Shown one piece after another: positions 1 to 12,685 of a stretch of DNA of 64,000 nt (position 1 is its first letter; every line of letters begins with the position of its first letter). The position numbers were made by a program, and so were the translations under genes. Source of the stretch: Eledone cirrhosa (taxonomy: Eukaryota); contig OZ024740.1 in the NCBI GenBank assembly GCA_964016885.1, positions 341,000,001-341,064,000 on the forward strand, written 5' to 3'. The notes under the pieces are model-generated. The model was not told the origin of the DNA. It did not search any database and saw nothing but the letters and a program-made list of their open reading frames with translations.

Positions 1-177
1 CTCTTACTTATTGAATGCAGTTATATAGCCGGGTGTAACATTTGGTCTGATCATATTCCTATATTATCATCCCCACCCTTCTTAAAATCACCCCACCACA
101 CTTGTCTTAACCTCTGTTCCACCTTAACCCCCACTCCTATTCTCATTTTGAAATATGTTTACCTTGGAATAAAGCAA

Positions 178-735
178 CCACCTCTAGTGTTAATGCCACT
201 ATAAGATGCGCTCAATAGCCTCTAGCATATAGAGTATAGAGGGCTCTTCAGTCAAGACAGTTACCTGACAAAATTCATAGTGCTGGTGTCATTATAAAAT
301 GTACCCAGTACACTCTGAAAAGTGGTTGGCATTAAGAAGAGCAAGCAAAAAAAAAATTGATAAAACTCTTCAGTAATGCAACTGATATGACCACCTCTCT
401 AATGCTGGAACCATGATAAATTGCACCCAATACACTTAGAAAAGACATCTGGCCATAGAAACTATGTCAAGTATGGGCTTAAGAGGTCTCTTCAGTGGTG
501 TGAAGGGCATGACAACTTTCCCTCATGCTAGTGACATAATTAAATGCATCCAGTACACTCTGTAGAAACCATTCCAAAACTGGAAAGTGATAGCAACAGA
601 TTTGCTTTGATCTGATTGGACTGCCTCAGCAAATCATATTCTACTGTTAGCAAGATTTATAAGTGATCATCAACATCATCATTGTATAATATCCATGTTC
701 CATGCTAGCATGGCGTAGACGGGTTGTCCCATTAG
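178..735. repeat. Degenerate tandem copies of the RTE/SINE 3'-UTR module, plus an inverted terminal tail
   Basis: About 4 copies of (ccctct)agtgctgg..ataaatgcacccagtacactctg; the CCATGCTAGCATGG hairpin lies at 700-713; the same motifs occur in the RTE 3' UTR at 61316-61600. Confidence 0.6.
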
Positions 736-1196
736 AGGCAATTTGAGTCAGATGACTGTGTCCTGCATTAAACCTGGTGCTCTTTTGACTCCACCAAAAA
801 TATTAGGTTATATCCAAGAAGAGTAATTTGTCTGATTTAATATACTTATATAATACTTCTGCTCTTCTTCAGTCATGCCCCCATCAAAGGTGAAGCATAT
901 TTGCTTTTTCTAATGGTTAAAATATATGCGGCTTGCTATACCTGCATACCCATAGATTTCACCACTAACTGGAGCAGTTGTGCCAACCCATTTTCAAATT
1001 AATAGTTGATAATCTGTGAAGCCAGTGGTGTTCACAATGTTGTGGTCATCTAATTAAACTGATGGGCACCACATGAACTACTGCTTACTATGAGACAAGC
1101 AGGATTTTTATCAGGGCTTACTCTTCTATATTCAACCTGTTCTGCTAGACTATGCCATGGTAGCCATATCAGAGACACCTTGTGTAGTACATAATA

Positions 1197-1479
1197 AAAA
1201 GTCTAAAATCTGTCTTAAGCCAGAAGACTCATTTTTCTGGTGCTTATGCCAGTTTCATGGTGTGAAGCGACTGAGAGTACAAGACTCCCTGGACAGGATG
1301 CCAGTCCATCACAGGGTTAAACCCCCGGCTACTGCTGGTACTCATTTTCAGCTGAGTATACTGGAGCAACGTGAAATGATGTGCTTTGCTCAAGAACACA
1401 ACACGCAACCCAGGAATTGAACCGACAACATTATGATCGTAAGTCCAACACCCTTACCAATAGACCACGTGCCTTCACA
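1197..1479 (-). mobile_element. tRNA-derived SINE, family A (CORE-like plus Meta-like central domain)
   Basis: Minus strand has A box TGGTCTATTGG, B box GGTTCAATTCC, TGTGTTCTTGAGCAAAGCAC and CCCTGTGATGGACTGGCATCCTGTCCAGGG; 12-bp TSD tagtacataata at 1185-1196 and 1480-1491. Confidence 0.85.
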
Positions 1480-2439
1480 TAGTACATAATACAACCAAGT
1501 GATAGCCACAATGGTCTGCAATTCCCAAATTGGAATTTAAAATTATTGTGCTTACATCCCACAATATCCGCACATATCTAAATTGCATATAGGAGGGCTT
1601 GAAAGAGATATAGATACTGTTCTACTTTGTTGGATTAAATAATAAAAAATATGTAAGAGTATATATGTGTGTGCATATATATGGATAATATGCAACAGCA
1701 TGTAAGTGCACTTACAGGCTCCTGCATATGTGTATAATAGTACATACATATATGTATACATGCATATGTATTCATATGTGCATGTGTCTATACAGGCATA
1801 CCTATCTATCTATCTATCTATTTGTTTGCCTATCTGCCTGTCTGTCTGTCTATCTATTTCTCCCTCTCTGTAGTAAGGAAAAATGGACGTTGATGATATA
1901 TATATATGTGTGTGTGTGAGTATGTGTGTGTATGTGTGCATACACATATATACATACCCTACCATACATACACAGCAACACGTGAATATAAAACACACTG
2001 CAACTATCTTTAAATTACCAACTCTTTGTATCGTGGCAGAACATTTATTCATTATTTTCCCTGGTAATAATTACAAGATACAAAATTTTACGTAAAGAAA
2101 GTTTTGCTTTCTTAATTTCTGCCAAAATCCTTATCTTCAGGTATTTGGCACAGATCCATCTTTAGTGAAATGGTTTGAAATGTCTAATGCTTCTGTTCTG
2201 TTCCAGTGAAATCTTTGACTGGAAGCAGATGTATGCTAGAACTAAAGGTAGTCGTCCTCCATCAGTTCATAGTTTACTCACACTTCATCTTTACACATAG
2301 CTCAGCAGTGAGTCAGGATAGTTTTAATTTTTCCACATGGTGCAGGGAACATTTTAGTTAGACTAATATATATGTATTTATATAAACTGTTACAGTTCCT
2401 GCAGTCTACAAGGTGCATTTGTACCGGACTGTACTCTAT

Positions 2440-2693
2440 TGAAACCAGATGCTGTGTGCAAAAGAGAAGATTGCACTGTTATGGACGTGTGATGTGTATG
2501 GATGATGATCAATGGGTGAACAACTGCCAGGAGATGCCAGTGGAAGGAAGCTGTATTAGAGTAAGACTGAGGCAAACCTAGGCAGAGGTGGTTAGAGCTG
2601 ATATCAAAATGCTGAAGCTCACAAAGGATAAGGTGAAGGAATGCAATGAATAGAGGCAGGTTGTGCTGGAGAAGACCCATACCAACCCATGCA
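2440..2693 (+). mobile_element. RTE LINE 3' fragment (decayed)
   Basis: Translation RCCVQKRRLHCYGRVMCMDD matches the RTE C-terminus at 61714-62436; its (GAT)n tail resumes after the SINE at 2991-3038. Confidence 0.75.
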
Positions 2694-2739
2694 TGCATGG
2701 GTTGGTATGGGTCTCGTGCATTGCAAAAAGCATGTTGAA

Positions 2740-2990
2740 CTGGTGCTTATCCCGGTTTCATGGTGTGAAGTGACTGAGAGTACAAGACTCCCCCCTGGAC
2801 AGGACGCCAGTCCATTGCAGGGTTAACCCCCCAGCTATTGCTGGTACTTATTTTCAGCTGAGTATACTGGAGCAACATGAAATGAAGTGTCTTTGCTCAA
2901 GAACACAACATACAGCCCAGCCCAGGAATCGAACCCACAACATTATGATCGTAAGTCCAACACCCTTACCACTAGGCCATGTGCCTTCAC
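2740..2990 (-). mobile_element. SINE family A, second copy
   Basis: Highly similar to 1238-1479; accaacccatgca is duplicated at 2681-2693 and 2991-3003. Confidence 0.85.
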
Positions 2991-3041
2991 ACCAACCCAT
3001 GCAAACAAAGTAAAGCTTATAAAATGATGATGATGATGTAA

Positions 3042-3350
3042 TGTGTGAAAGTGTGTGGCATAGTGGTTAGAGTATTTGGCTCATGATAATAAGATCATGA
3101 GTTTAATTCCCCGTGGGGCATTTTGTCCTTGAGCAAGACACATTAGTTCTTGTTTGAGTCAATGCAGCTGAAACAATGAGGAGTTGTGCGTTTAATTGAA
3201 AGGGCCCGCTTTGTAATATATTCTATCATGCCGAATCTCCCCAAGAACTATATTAAGAGTAGATGTATGTGTGTGGAATGCTCAGTCACTCACACATTAA
3301 TTTTATATGCAGGCTGTTTTGTGGTTTGCATCAATTAAAAACTCATCGTG
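3042..3350 (+). mobile_element. tRNA-derived SINE, family B
   Basis: A/B-box head, gtccttgagcaagacac, body aatctccccaagaactat..ggaatgctcag; other copies at 14233-14415, 53172-53298 plus 54286-54400, and 57686-57950. Confidence 0.7.
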
Positions 3351-3364
3351 GGAATTGATGCACA

Positions 3365-3713
3365 CATGTCTAACACACGTGGACATGCCCACAAAGTCAG
3401 AAAACAGCACAGTTCCCATGACTTTCGGAAACATTTTTTCACGCTCAGAGTTGCTAAAGCATGGAACAAACTACCTGCATCAGTTGTTAGCTGTCGAGAC
3501 ACTGCATCCTTTAAGGCCTCCATGCTTCCCAAGATCCGCCAACACTACAGCTAATGTTTCCCCTCCATACACATACACACATGTATACCATGATTCATAC
3601 ACTATTCACTTCCCTGACATTTGTGTATTATTCTATGTACTATACATACACTTTTGACGAGTTGTAGTGCACCTGAGCACTTTACACAATAATTTCATTA
3701 TTATTATTATTAT
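3365..3713 (+). mobile_element. CR1-clade LINE 3' end
   Basis: TRGHAHKVRK..FRKHFFTLRVAKAWNKLPASVV is the CR1 ORF2 C-terminal motif; 3' UTR and (ATT)n tail follow; nearly identical to 7825-8170. Confidence 0.85.
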
Positions 3714-3829
3714 ACTGTATTGAATTATACAGTATTGTACTGAATTGAACTATACTGTACTGCACTGTAGTCAACAGTTGTATATGTAAAATACAATAAA
3801 AATTTAATACTGTATTCTTCTCTTCAGAG

Positions 3830-4215
3830 CTTATACTGTACTGAACAGTGTTTGAGCTGTACAGTACAGCTAAGATATTGTACATTGCAACTCTTATACT
3901 GCACTGGACAGCTCTGATACTGTACTATATATCTCAAATACTGTACAGTAGAGCTCTGATATTGTACTGTATATCTCAAATACTGTACAGTACAGCTCAG
4001 ATACTGTACTGTATATCTCAAATACTGTACAGTACAGCTCCAATATTGTACAGTACAGCTCAAATACCGTAATGTACAGTATCTGAGCTGTACAGTACAG
4101 CATCAGCTCTGAAGAGAAGAATACAGCATCACATTTTTATTATATTTTACATATACAACTGTACATTACAGCTCAAATACTGTACAGAATAGCTCAAATA
4201 CTGTAAGGGTATAGT
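3830..4215. repeat. 21-bp-period minisatellite (atactgtacagtacagctcaa variants)
   Basis: Visible tandem periodicity; gives 7-aa repeats (SCTVQYL) in the ORF track. Confidence 0.8.
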
Positions 4216-4233
4216 ATATAGTGTAATATTGAA

Positions 4234-4372
4234 GTGAGGACATGGGTATAGGATATTGTATGGGAGTGAGGACATGGGTATAGGATATTGTGTGGGAGTG
4301 AGGACATGGGTATAGGATATTGTGTGGGAGTGAGGACATGGGTATAGGATATTGTGTGGGAGTGAGGACATG
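4234..4372. repeat. 32-bp tandem repeat, about 4.3 copies
   Basis: gtgaggacatgggtataggatattgtgtggga starts at 4234, 4266, 4298, 4330 and 4362. Confidence 0.9.
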
Positions 4373-4439
4373 TGTAGTATGTAGTGTGTAGTGAGAACAT
4401 ATTGTGATATGAAGTGTGTAGTGTGGATATATTGTGTTG

Positions 4440-4601
4440 GATAACATCCATGAGCTTGGCTGGTCATGCTTAGGGATCCAGCAAGATCAGTTGGAGATGG
4501 TTGTTTCTGACAGGACTCGCTGGTAGGAGTGTTTGAGGACTCCCCCCACAAGAAGAAGAAGAAGAAGAAAAAGAAGAAGAAGAAGAAGAAGAAGAAGAAG
4601 A
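4440..4601 (+). mobile_element. Very short RTE (Expander/Rex3-like) 3' end with (AAG)n tail
   Basis: Translates DNIHELGWSCLGIQQDQLEMVVSDRTRW*, resembling RTE C-termini, followed by a pure (AAG)n tract. Confidence 0.55.
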
Positions 4602-4790
4602 AATGTGTGGCATCAGTGTGTGAATATGTTGTGTAATGTGTAGTGTGGTTGTGAGGTGAATTTGTGTTTGTGTTGTAGGCTGTAAGGAGATGTTGTGTGG
4701 TAATGAGAATATGGTGTGTGTCTGTGTGTGTGTGCGTGTGTGTGCATATGTGGGTGTGGGTGTGTGTCTGTATGCAATGTGTGATGCATA

Positions 4791-4837
4791 TATATGTTTC
4801 TTTATTAGCCACAGGTGCACAAAAGAAGGGGATAAAT
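4791..4837 (-). mobile_element. Tiny 3'-terminal piece of the Tx1-like LINE
   Basis: Reverse complement of ccccttcttttgtgcccctgtggctaataaagaaacatat seen at 23013-23052. Confidence 0.7.
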
Positions 4838-5067
4838 GCATATATAGTGTTGTAGTTATGGCATGCTGTGTGTAATATTGTGGAGCAGTTTGACTGGTGT
4901 CAGTTGTTGTGTGTCTCACAGCACCTATATCCTGTAATTGAAACAGATAGCCAGGGCAGTGCAGCCACCACCACCACCAACAACAACAACAATAACAATA
5001 ACAACAACCACTAGAAAAATAACTAGATCAACTACAACAACAGCAACAACAACAACAATAATAATAA

Positions 5068-5253
5068 TTGTTTCTATTTTTGGCACAAGGCCAGCAATTA
5101 CCAGTACATTACTGGTACTTCATTTTATCGACCCCGTAAGGATGAAAGGCAAAGTTAACCTCAGCGGGATTTGAACTCTGATCGTAAAGGGCCGTAACTC
5201 TATGCTGCAAAGCATGGCGTCAGACCCTCTACCAATACTGCCAATCCACCGCC
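5068..5253 (-). mobile_element. tRNA-derived SINE, family C
   Basis: Head GGCGGTGGATTGGCAG..GAGTTCAAATCCC, body CTTTGCCTTTCATCCTTACGGGGTCGATAAAATGAAGTACCAG; further copies near 15300-15680(+), 16890-17035(-), 18465-18675(+), 36985-37186(-), 49010-49145(-), 55005-55080(+) and 55535-55700(+). Confidence 0.8.
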
Positions 5254-5480
5254 CTATAATAATAATGATAATAATATCAATATAAAGACTATAGCAATAA
5301 CAACTGTAAGCACAATGACAATACTAACAACAGCAACAACACATACAACACTACCATAGCAACAACATCATCAATAAACTCAATGCAGGTTCAAACATAT
5401 TTAAATCAATGATTGGTTGTCTCCTTTTCTGGAGTTGAGCAGAATGCAGGAATAGAAAAACAACACGGAGGCCTCTATGT

Positions 5481-5779
5481 CAGAGGTTATCAAACTGTTT
5501 GGGCCACCGCACCCCCTCTTGGCCACATAATATCCTCAGTGCCCCCGCCCCCGACCCTATTTCCAGAGAGACCTGCCTACATGCAAATTGTAAATAATAT
5601 ATAATAAATAAAATCGTAAGTATAAATAAATATTATATATTTTTTATTTTACTATATTTATATATAATATGTATCATTTGATATTTAATATACTATTATA
5701 TCATCTCTCCCCCATCCCCCTGGACCTTTACAATGCCCCCCCCCCCCGGGAGCACTAACGCCCACTTTGAGAATCTTTG
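5481..5779. mobile_element. hAT (Charlie-like) MITE
   Basis: Termini cagaggttatcaaactg / cactttgagaatctttg; 8-bp TSD ctctatgt / ctctacat fits the NTCTANAN target preference. Confidence 0.7.
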
Positions 5780-5929
5780 CTCTACATTATCAGCTTGACT
5801 CACAAGAAACAGCAGTCAAGTCTCATTCTAAACACACCCTAGTATCTTTAAAAACAGATCATATTGAAGAGTGAAATCCAAAGTTCTCTACACCCATATC
5901 GGCCAAGTTGCAAGGATGGATTTATAGTA

Positions 5930-6909
5930 GGGGACATTGTCCTGGTGCAGGTGCTATTGACCAGACTTGAAGAGTTCTGATTTGTTGCGATGAAATCACT
6001 TTCTGAATTGCCTCAAAACCTCAGCACAGTACTTTTTGTTGACTGGCAGTGGGGGATCAGGTGGATGTAGATGATGCTCTTGTTGTCAAAGAATGGGATC
6101 ATCATGAGCTTCCACGTTTTGCTTGGCCTTCTTGGGTCTTAGGGAGTCAGAATGGTTCCACTGGGCATTCTGTCTCTTGGCCTCTGGGTCATAACAGTAG
6201 ACCCAGCTCTCATCATAGGTTACCAGAGACTCAAGGACACTTGAATTTGAAGTGATCAACTCGACCATCTCCCTGCTGTCATCAACACACCTCTGTCTTT
6301 GATCTTCATTGAGTACTCAGGGAATAAACTTTGCACAAACTTTGCACATGTTCAGATCATCGGGAATGATTCTGTGCATAGTGCTCTCAGCCACTTCAAA
6401 TTGTTTAACAATCAGAAGAGATGCACGAGGGTCCTCGTCCAGAAATGTGTGAATTTTGTCAACCAGCCTTGGAGTTCTGATGTCCCTCTTACTTCCACAC
6501 CTCTTGCCATCCTTCAACTGCTCCCTGCCCTCCTGGGACCTCTTGTGCTAACAGAAAATAGTCTTCTGGCTCATGAATGTTAGTCTGTAAGCAGTTATGA
6601 CCATTTGATAATTTCACAAGTTCCTGCAGAGTTTTTGCCGAGCTTGACACAAAACCTTATTGCATATTGAGCCTCTAAGTTGTCCTCAGGTCCCAACTGT
6701 ATTGTGGAACCAGTCAGCTGTGACAAGATATTTATGATGGGTAATGTTTAAAGTGCTGTAGCGGCCCAAACATTTAATCTGGAAAAAAAAAAGATTTAGC
6801 ATGTTAGCTTATTATAAACATATCAAGGACACATTAGAGTGACAGTTACATAGATCAATTAAAAATACCAGAAGAGGTGAAAGTCTCAAAACTTCTTGAG
6901 TGTACCTCA
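5930..6909 (-). pseudogene. Tc1/mariner transposon relic (transposase fragments, 5' TIR present, 3' part lost)
   Basis: Motifs KVCAKFIP (WVPHEL-like), LVTYDESWVYCYDPEAKRQNAQW (first catalytic D), LMMIPFFD and HLHQDNVP (second D); mariner-like terminus TA-TGAGGTACACTCAAGAAGTTTTGAGAC at 6911-6883; stops and frameshifts. Confidence 0.85.
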
Positions 6910-7649
6910 TAGGTTAGAATTGAATGCTAAATGGCATTTTGGATATGATCATTTTAGGATTATGTTTTTATTTAAATAGAGAGTGGCTAGAATTTCTATA
7001 GTGTTACATAAGTATTTCATTAAGATTTCTATAAAATTTATACTTGCCTGTATTTAAAGATAACTTCTACAAAGTTGACTATATATATCTTTGTAGCTAC
7101 AGAAATGTCAAATTTTAGTTCTTTAAAAGTACAAATTAAATCTTTCCTGATTCTGTTAAACTTGTGTCCATTGATATTGACTGATATAATCAACCCATCA
7201 TCTTTGAACAGTCTTAAGCCTAAGGCTTTAAATTTAGTTTTGAATATATTTAAGATATAAAATGTAAGATTGCAAATGTCTATACTGTAATCAAAATTTT
7301 GTATTTCTATTCCTATCTATGTTTTAGACCCATTGATGATGCACTCATATATTTGCACGAAACCAGGATATGGGTTTAAATATATAATTATATATCCCAT
7401 TCTCCCACACACAAAATGCACACAACACAGTTAATTGTATAATATACTCATACAAATATATGTATGTGCATGTATGTATATGAGGGTAGTAGACAGAATG
7501 TGTATGCTTTTCATGGCTAATGGTATAGAAATGCATAAGTGTCATCGATTGGTATCCACATCGATAGTTTTGCCCTCTGAAACGATCATTAAACAATGGA
7601 TTAATTAATTACAACACCTTGTCTTTCTTTCATTGTTTAATATCATATA

Positions 7650-8170
7650 TTAAGACGTGCAACCAAGCGAATACCCTCCATCAGGCATCTACCATACTCT
7701 GAACGCCTTGCTTCCCTGGGCATGGATACATTGAAGCTCTGACATCTGGCAACTGACTTGATAAACACCCATAAAATTGTTAACCATCTTTCCAACAACA
7801 ACCCTGAGTACCTTTTTGATTTCCATGTGTCTAACACACGTGGACATGCCCACAAAGTCAGAAAACAGCACAGCTCCCATGACTTTCGGAAACATTTTTT
7901 CACGCTCAGAGTTGCTGGAGCATGGAACAAACTACCTGCATCAGTTGTTAGCCGTCGAGACACTGCATCCTTTAAAACCTCCATGCTTCCTGAGATTCGC
8001 CAACACTACACCTAATGTTCCCTCTCCATACACATACACACATGTATATCATGACTCATACACTATTCACTTCCCTGACATTTGTATATTATTCTATGTA
8101 CTATACATGCACCTTTGACGAGTTGTAGTGCACCTGAGCACTTTACACAATAAATTCATTATTATTATAT
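7650..8170 (+). mobile_element. CR1-clade LINE 3' fragment
   Basis: RRATKRIP..YSERLASLG..DLINTHKIV..TRGH..RVAGAWNKLP; same 3' UTR as 3365-3713. Confidence 0.85.
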
Positions 8171-8475
8171 ATATGAAGTCTAACTGCAACTGATGTCTAA
8201 TTTTCTCACAGCAGTGTACTTCCATGTCAATAGTTTTGAACAACAGGGAACTGATTTACAATAACACTGTCTCCCACAAGCACCCCAACCATTACATCAA
8301 GTTGTAGACCAGTGGTTCTCAGAACATAGCTAGATGCATTGCAAAAAACTAAGATTCAGTTTTAAGATGTGAAAAATACAAAATGAAATTTGTATGAAAG
8401 TGGCAAAACAGTAAAGTTTAGTAACAAGACTTGCCAAAAATGGGCCTAGAACTTTTTAACTCTGTATTATGCTAA

Positions 8476-8810
8476 TCATCATCATCATCATCATCATCAT
8501 CCTCATCATCATCATCCTCATCATCATTATCATTTTATGTCCATTTTTCCACACTTGTTGGGTTAGTTGAGTTGTCCTGTTGTGCGAAATGCCAGGTCAG
8601 GTGTCCATGTCTTGCTCATACAGAACTGATTTTGGTTTGGTTTCTACAGCTGGATGCCCTTCCTAACACCAACCTCATTTACTGTGAGTACTGGGTGTTT
8701 TTTGTTGTGACACCTACATCACCACTTTACAGTGTGGACAGTGCTTTTTGCCATGTCTCCTACAAGACCACTTTACAGTGTTGACTGGGTGCTTTTTGTC
8801 GTGACACCTA
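8476..8810 (-). mobile_element. RTE-type 3' UTR/SINE tail with (CAT)n
   Basis: tttctacagctggatgcccttcctaacaccaac core shared with the RTE 3' UTR; similar pieces near 9140-9378(+), 24745-24990(+), 56890-57230(+) and 60490-60733(+). Confidence 0.7.
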
Positions 8811-10179
8811 TGTATGAAAAACTTTTTTGAATGAATTTTCGAATTTATGGTACAAAGTGTGCCAGCATATTTTTACTTAAAAAAAAAATGCATGTTGTAG
8901 ACTGATGGTTGGCAGTCACATCTAACATACCTTTTGCCCTCAAAAATTATTGATACAAGGGAGATTACAATTATTTCCAGTTATTTTTCTCCATACTCAA
9001 AAAATAATTTTTACTCAATGCAACAAGCCAATGAAAATTTGTCATACATGAGAGATGAAATGGAGTTTACTTGATGTGGCATTGAACCAAGAATTTTGTG
9101 GTGAAGCCTTTGTAGAGACCCTTCACAACACCAATGAGATGTTTGTGCCATGATAAAATGCAACTAGTCCTCTTTGTAAAGTGATAAATCTGGTCCTATC
9201 ATGCACACACTGTAAAGTGGTTGGTGTTAGGAATGGCATCCAGTTGTAGAAACCAAGTTAAAGTGGAACATATGAGCAAGACAGGTTCATTTGAGCAGTC
9301 TAATTTCTGAAAATGACAACCTATTCAACCCATTACAAGATCGAACATGGACATAAAACAGTGATGATGATGATGATGTATAGTGTCTCTAGGATTGCAC
9401 ATCTTCATGGTACCTATTTACGCCATGTAGACTGAACAGTCAAATGAATTACTTATCCTTATATAAAGTGAAACAGACAAGGAAGTTAAGAGTAACATGA
9501 CTCTTTCAGAACCAACTTAGTCAATAATTAAAGTATTGTTCAGAGAAGAAATATAAATCATGCTAACAGTCAGGTCTGACTGGATTCATCTTGTTTTCAA
9601 ATATTAAAATCTCAACTATCAGAAGTTGAAAGACATTATAATGAACTACTGTAGGAAACATTTAGTTTTTACTTTTACAACATCCTCCATCAACTGATTT
9701 GAAGACATTAGCCAACAGTCCACAATGAACAATATTCAACTTCTGTTGGGTTGAACTTTCTGTTTTCTTTGTCACTTTATTGAAAGGAAAAAGCTTTTAC
9801 GAGTACGTATACATCATGTTCCATTCTTGATCTCTGTTAATTTCTTCTCTCTGTTGATAATAAAGTACTACAATATAATGTTTTAGGATCAATTAATCTA
9901 ATTGTCACTCTACACTCTGCCCCACTCCTCACTTTCCTAGTTTATTACGTGGAAATCAATGTGACAAACAATCTATCACAATAGCTCATTGCTGTCCATC
10001 AGAAATATTGATCTTATCAACTTCTTTCCATAACAATATATTTCTGACAAAGACTGGGGACTTTTAATGAATGAATTCTACATTTCGTCCCTGGAGATTT
10101 CGTAAAAGACTTATTGTGATTGAAGGTACACCATTAAAAGAAACAGGTGTGAAAATGATGCTATTAGTATTGAAATGTT

Positions 10180-10620
10180 CATGTTGGTGTTGGTATTTGT
10201 GTTTAAATGTTGGTGTGAGTGTTTGAATGATGGTGTTGGTGCTGGTATTTAAATGTTGATATTAATTACTGATGTTGGTGTTACGTTGGTGTTTAAATGT
10301 TGGGGTTGCTGATAGGGTTGCTGTTGGGTTGATATTGAAGTTTATATGTTGGGTTTGCTGATAGGGTTCATGTTGGTGTTACGTTGGTGTTTAAATGTTG
10401 GGGTTGTTGATAGGGTCGCTGTTGGGTTGATACTAGTGATTATATGTTGGGGTTGTTGATAGGGTCGCTGTTGGGTTGATACTAGTGTTTATATATTGGG
10501 TTGGTATTTAAATGTTGGTTTTGTTGGTGTTGCTGCTTAAATACTGGTGTTGGTGCTTAAATGATGGTGTTTAATTATTGTTATGGTGTTTAAATATTCC
10601 TATTGGTATTTAAATATTGG
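10180..10620. repeat. Low-complexity minisatellite (ggtgtttaaatgttgggg-type units)
   Basis: Recurrent ttaaatgttgg and gatagggtcgctgttgggttgatactagtg blocks. Confidence 0.65.
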
Positions 10621-10719
10621 TAGTTAAATTAAATGGAATTGAATAAAAAAAAAACGAAGATGATACATCATTGTTGATGACAAAAGTTGGGGAGGTGAGA
10701 TAATGGAATGACTATAAGG

Positions 10720-12160
10720 TGACAATAGCGGTAGTAGTGATGGTGTTGGTGGTGTTGGTGGTGGTGGTGGTAGTGATGGTGTTGGTGGTGATGGTAGTGA
10801 TTGTGTTGGTGGTGATGGTGGTAGTGGTGATGGTGTTGGTGGTGATGGTAGTGATGGTAGTGATGGTGTTGGTGATGATGGTAGTGATGGTGTTGGTAGT
10901 GGTGGTGGTCACAGTAGTAGTGATGGAGGTGGTGGTAGTGAGGATATTGATAACTACATTGATGGTCATGACAACAGTGGCAATACTGCATGTTACTGTC
11001 TCTACTGGTTCTACTGGTGATGGTGGAGAGATGAAGGTGATGATGTTGATGTTGGCGGTGGTGTTGTTGGTAGTGGTGGTGATAGTAGTGGTGATGGTGG
11101 TAGTGGTGGAGAGATGAAGGTGATGATGTTGATGTTGGTGGAGGTGTTGTTGGTAGTGGTGGTGATAGTAGTGGTGATGGTGGTAGTGGTGGAGAGATGA
11201 AGGTGATGATGTTGATGTTGGTGGAGGTGTTGTTGGTAGTGGTGGTGATAGTAGTGGTGGTGGTGGTAGTGGTGGAGAGATGAAGGTGATGACGTTGATG
11301 TTGGTGGAGGTGTTGTTGGTAGTGGTGGTGATAGTAGTGGTGGTGGTGGTAGTGGTGGAGAGATGAAGGTGATGATGTTGATGTTGGTGGAGGTGTTGTT
11401 GGTAGTGGTGGTGATAGTAGTGGTGGTGGTGGTAGTGGTGGAGAGATGAAGGTGATGATGTTGATGTTGGTGGAGGTGTTGTTGATAGTGGTGGTGATAG
11501 TAGTGGTGGTGGTGGTAGTGGTGGAGAGATGAAGGTGATGACGTTGATGTTGGTGGAGGTGTTGTTGGTAGTGGTGGTGATAGTAGTGGTGATGGTGGTA
11601 GTGGTGGAGAGATGAAGGTGATGATGTTGATGTTGGTGGAGGTGTTGTTGGTAGTGGTGGTGATAGTAGTGGTGGTGGTGGTAGTGGTGGAGAGATGAAG
11701 GTGATGATGTTGATGTTGGTGGAGGTGTTGTTGGTAGTGGTGGTGATAGTAGTGGTGATGGTGGTAGTGGTGGAGAGATGAAGGTGATGACGTTGATGTT
11801 GGTGGAGGTGTTGTTGGTAGTGGTGGTTCGGTGGTGATGGTGGAGAGATGGAGGTGATGGTGGTAGAGGTGATGATGATGATATTGGTAGAGGTGGTGTT
11901 GTTGGTAGTATTAGTGGTAATGATGATGACGTTGATAATGGTGATGATTTTGTTGGAGGTGGTGGTGGTGGTAGGTGGTGATGATGTTATTGTTGGAGGT
12001 GGTGGTGGTGGTGATGTTGGTAGAAGTGTTGTTGGTAGTGATAGTGGTGGTGGTGGTGATGGAGTTGATAATGGTGATGATGTTGTTAAAGTTGGTGGTG
12101 ATGGTGGTGGTGGTGGTGTTGATGCCACTGCTACTGCTCATGATGATGATGATGATGGCG
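10720..12160. repeat. GGT/GAT/GTT satellite containing a 10-copy 83-bp tandem array (about 11021-11826)
   Basis: gagatgaagg recurs at 11028+83n for n=0-9. Confidence 0.9.
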
Positions 12161-12685
12161 ACAGGAAAAATTAGCTATATATCTTCAATGAAAGATAGTA
12201 ACAACTGTAAATATCAATGGTCAGGTTGGTATATAAGACAGATTAACCCTTACATGATTAAATTTCTAATGAGTGGACCAATTATACTGATGTTGACTAA
12301 CTAAAGTCTAATGACGTCATCATCATCAGCAGCAGCATCATTTTCATGTTTGCTTTTCTATGCTGGCATGGGCTGGCCAAAGCATTTATGAGGCAGTACT
12401 CTTCAGATGGATGCCTTTTCAGATGTCAACATATACATGGAGATAAACACACAAATACATACACATATATATAATTGTAAAGCAGATAAAAAGAAGCGCT
12501 CAACGACCTTTATAAATGATGTAAGCTGGAGCATTATATATTAATAAAAGATCAGAGGCCATATTCAGTTGATTCAGGTTTATTTAAAACTCCGTTATAC
12601 ATATTTCACTGAGGACTATCAGTTATGATAGCCTGAGCTCTTCAGATGGCAAAGCCTAAAATAAACGTTCAAAGTTCCTCCTTAC

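Noticed and set aside
1400-1479. tRNA genes at A/B-box motifs
   Set aside because: No complete cloverleaf; each motif continues into a SINE body, some with TSDs.
11021-11826. CRISPR-like regular array (also the 32-bp array at 4234-4372)
   Set aside because: Units are contiguous with no unique spacers; no cas genes; eukaryotic context.
10668-12128. 486-aa Pro/Thr/His mucin-like ORF
   Set aside because: The 83-bp unit is not a multiple of 3, so the peptide cycles through all three frames, which marks a non-coding satellite.
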